A stretch of DNA of 64,000 nt from an uncultured delta proteobacterium. GTDB taxonomy: Bacteria; Desulfobacterota; Binatia; Bin18. Positions 61,700 to 64,000 of the stretch are shown here, one piece after another. Made by a program: the position numbers and the translations under genes. The notes under the pieces were generated by a model that was not told the DNA's origin, ran no database searches, and saw only the letters and a program-made list of their open reading frames with translations. Numbering within the stretch: position 1 is the stretch's first letter; every line of letters starts with the position of its first letter. The stretch lies in the NCBI GenBank assembly GCA_963733195.1, contig CAVTCR010000081.1:96001-160000 (forward strand), given 5' to 3'.

Positions 61700-62917
61700 A
61701 TGCCAGACGATTTGCCGTTATCAGGAGTTCGCATCGCAGATTTTACCTGGGTGTGGGCTGGACCGTTTGCCACCCTGCAGCTTGCGCACCTGGGAGCAGA
61801 AGTCATTCGCATTGAAACGCAGAACCGCGTGTGTGTCACACGCCGGATTCCGCCGTTTGCCGAAGGGCAAGCGGGGGTGAACCGTAGCGGCTACTACAAT
61901 CAATACAACCAGGGCAAAGAATCGATCTTCCTTAACCTCAAAGACCCGCAAGCCCTGGAGATTGCCAAGAAGCTCGTCGCTGCAAGTGATGTCGTTAGCG
62001 AAAACTTTGCCGCTGGAGTGATGGACAAAATGGGCCTCAGCTACGAGGTCATGCGCAAGATCAAGTCGGACATCATCATGATCTCCATGTCTGGCTATGG
62101 CGCAGTCGGACCAGAAAGTCCGTATGTATCGTATGGACCAGCACAAGCACCGCTGAGTGGATTGTCTTCGCTAACGGGCTTTCCCGACTTTCCACCCATG
62201 CATGTCGGCTTTTCGTATGGCGATCCGAACGGTGGCTTGCATGGCGCGTTCGCGGTTCTCGCTGCACTCATGCATCGCGCTCGTACCGGTGAGGGGCAAT
62301 ACATCGATCTGTCGCAATGGGAATCCTCAATCGCCGTGATTGGCGAAGGGATGATGGCGCAGACGATGAACGGTGCTCCTCTTCCACGCATTGGCAATCG
62401 CGATCCGTACATGTCTCCACACGGTTTGTTTCGCTGTCAAGGCGAAGACCGTTGGGTGAGTATTGTCGTTACCAACGAAGAAGAATGGCAGCGATTCTGC
62501 CAGGGTAGTGGACAGCCTGGACTCGCGACGGACGCTCGTTTTGGCTCACTTGCTGAGCGCAAAACGAATGAAGATGTATTGGAGAATCTGATTACTGCTT
62601 GGACAGAAACGCTGACCGCTGAAGAGGTGACAGCGAAGTTACAAGCAGTCGGTGTAGCTGCGTTTCCTGCTGTCACCAACAAGGAATTAGCCGAAGACCC
62701 GCATTTGCAGGATCGCGGATTCTTCGTCGAATTGCCCCATCCTGAGGTGGGAGTACGTCGGCATGCTGGGGTGCCGTGGATGTTCTCTGATACGCCGTGC
62801 CAAGTGCGACGACCTGCTCCGTGTGGCGGGCAAGATACGGACGACGTTCTGCAGCGCGTTCTCGGATATTCCGCAGACGAGGTTGCTGCGTTCCGAACGA
62901 AGGGTGTTTTGACCTAG
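61700..62917 (+). CDS. CoA-transferase family III (CaiB/BaiF), subunit 2
   Basis: PLSGVRIADFTWVWAGP, NQGKES, SGYGAVGP, YGDP catalytic Asp region. Confidence 0.92.
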   Translation: MPDDLPLSGVRIADFTWVWAGPFATLQLAHLGAEVIRIETQNRVCVTRRIPPFAEGQAGVNRSGYYNQYNQGKESIFLNLKDPQALEIAKKLVAASDVVSENFAAGVMDKMGLSYEVMRKIKSDIIMISMSGYGAVGPESPYVSYGPAQAPLSGLSSLTGFPDFPPMHVGFSYGDPNGGLHGAFAVLAALMHRARTGEGQYIDLSQWESSIAVIGEGMMAQTMNGAPLPRIGNRDPYMSPHGLFRCQGEDRWVSIVVTNEEEWQRFCQGSGQPGLATDARFGSLAERKTNEDVLENLITAWTETLTAEEVTAKLQAVGVAAFPAVTNKELAEDPHLQDRGFFVELPHPEVGVRRHAGVPWMFSDTPCQVRRPAPCGGQDTDDVLQRVLGYSADEVAAFRTKGVLT

Positions 62918-62926
62918 GAAAAGATC

Positions 62927-63439
62927 ATGGCAGTCAAAAGGCAAAGAGACAGTCGAGAGTCCAAGGTCCAAGATCTAGAGTCTTTCGCATTACGCATTAC
63001 GTGTTACGTGTTACGCACCCTTTGGCCTTTGGACTTGAGACTTTGGACTTCGTTCGTATTGCTATGGTTGTTCCTTACTCCGATTAGCGCTGCTGCGCAA
63101 ATGACGGGTGGGGGATGGACGATAAGCCTCTACGGTATGGTACAGGTTGAGCCAGGCAATGGTGTTACCACGCTGAAAGTCAGAGACGAACACATCCGTT
63201 TCGTCATTCATAACATCCAGTGTTCCGATCGAAACTTTTCAACCGGGCGTTTCCTGTCGGATGTGACCAATAGAGAGCCAGGTCTCTACATCAAAGGTCC
63301 GGAAGAATGGTTGGATTTGTTGATTAACGAACGTCCGGGCAAACGTGTCCTGCAAATGCGCGGGGCCTACTACCCAGACTCGCGCATGTTGCTCCTTCAT
63401 AAGCTGGAACGATTTCAGGGAACACCGATACCAAAGTAG
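62927..63439 (+). CDS. Hypothetical exported protein; N-terminus overlaps heptamer tracts
   Basis: Hydrophobic FVLLWLFLTPISAAAQ signal-like segment; start codon uncertain. Confidence 0.6.
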   Translation: MAVKRQRDSRESKVQDLESFALRITCYVLRTLWPLDLRLWTSFVLLWLFLTPISAAAQMTGGGWTISLYGMVQVEPGNGVTTLKVRDEHIRFVIHNIQCSDRNFSTGRFLSDVTNREPGLYIKGPEEWLDLLINERPGKRVLQMRGAYYPDSRMLLLHKLERFQGTPIPK

Positions 63440-63506
63440 TGAGCCTCTCCGGCTTTTGCCTTGGTCCAAAGCATGGTAACATCCCTACCTAGTGGTGGAG
63501 GTGGTT

Positions 63507-64000
63507 GTGCGGTCGGTGGAGGAAATTCTCATCCAAGAAGCGGGAGTCCCCGCTGATATTCTTACGAAGGCCAGAGAGCGGGTAAAGCCTGACAAGGATC
63601 TCGGCGACGCTTTGCGTGAACTAGGCGCGCTAGATGCGGTGGGTTGGGCAAAAGTTCAGGCTGCGTATTATGGCCTCTCATATCGTGAGACCCTTCCATG
63701 GGATGGGAAGAACGCTGAGTTACTTTCTCGTGTGCCGTTAGCCTTTGCTAAACAATATCACTTGCTTCCACTCTCACTGACTGATGAAGTACTCACTGTC
63801 GCTATTGCGAATCCGCGCGAAATCGCTGCGCTTGATGACTTGCGGTTACTCTTTGGTCGATCAGTGCAACCGTTCGTAGTGCCTAAACCGGTGCTGCTCG
63901 ATGCTCTGAATCACGCCTACGATCAGGCGTCGCAATCAACCCAAGACCTCCTCGATACACTTGACGAGAAAGTTCTTGACCTCGACGCGACTGAATGGCA
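63507..64000 (+). CDS. GspE/PilB-family secretion ATPase, N-terminal domain (3' truncated by window)
   Basis: Manual translation from GTG 63507 (after GGAGGT): ...RVPLAFAKQYHLLPL...LTVAIANPREIAALDDLRLLFGRSV...LNHAYD, typical T2SSE N-terminal domain. Confidence 0.82.
   Translation, partial: MRSVEEILIQEAGVPADILTKARERVKPDKDLGDALRELGALDAVGWAKVQAAYYGLSYRETLPWDGKNAELLSRVPLAFAKQYHLLPLSLTDEVLTVAIANPREIAALDDLRLLFGRSVQPFVVPKPVLLDALNHAYDQASQSTQDLLDTLDEKVLDLDATEW

Overview
Bacterial chromosomal segment of moderate GC. Gene content (hpnH, class III cyclase-AAA-TPR paralogs, many MaoC/thiolase/CoA-transferase genes) is suggestive of a deltaproteobacterial Binatia-like organism; this is inference only. Layout: (1) translation core thrS'-infC-rpmI-rplT-pheS-pheT-merR; (2) D,D-carboxypeptidase, orphan groEL with His-rich tail, two alanine-zipper lipoproteins, cupin/Zn-dehydrogenase/hpnH, USP, fur; (3) a minus-strand signalling/conflict block: two cyclase-AAA-TPR (STAND-like) paralogs separated by a vapBC pair, then a putative sigma54-driven two-gene unit TIR-TM-WD40 plus deoxyribohydrolase-like/TPR/SLOG-like protein; (4) rpiA and a four-gene nurA-herA-sbcD-sbcC operon; (5) a BrnT-type TA locus and a type I R-M operon with yhcG and darTG nested inside; (6) catabolic and transport genes, a DUF4258/YgiT-type TA pair, and the start of a GspE/PilB-type ATPase. 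Two repeat systems run through the window: mosaics of short tracts with 7-nt periodicity, often in inverted pairs and sometimes inside ORFs, and 28-bp GTAG...CTAC palindromes lying inside the STAND coding sequences. Many genes, including essential pheT, carry single-base frameshifts, so the sequence is probably an indel-prone long-read assembly and most split ORFs are not called pseudogenes. No CRISPR array, rRNA or tRNA was recognised.
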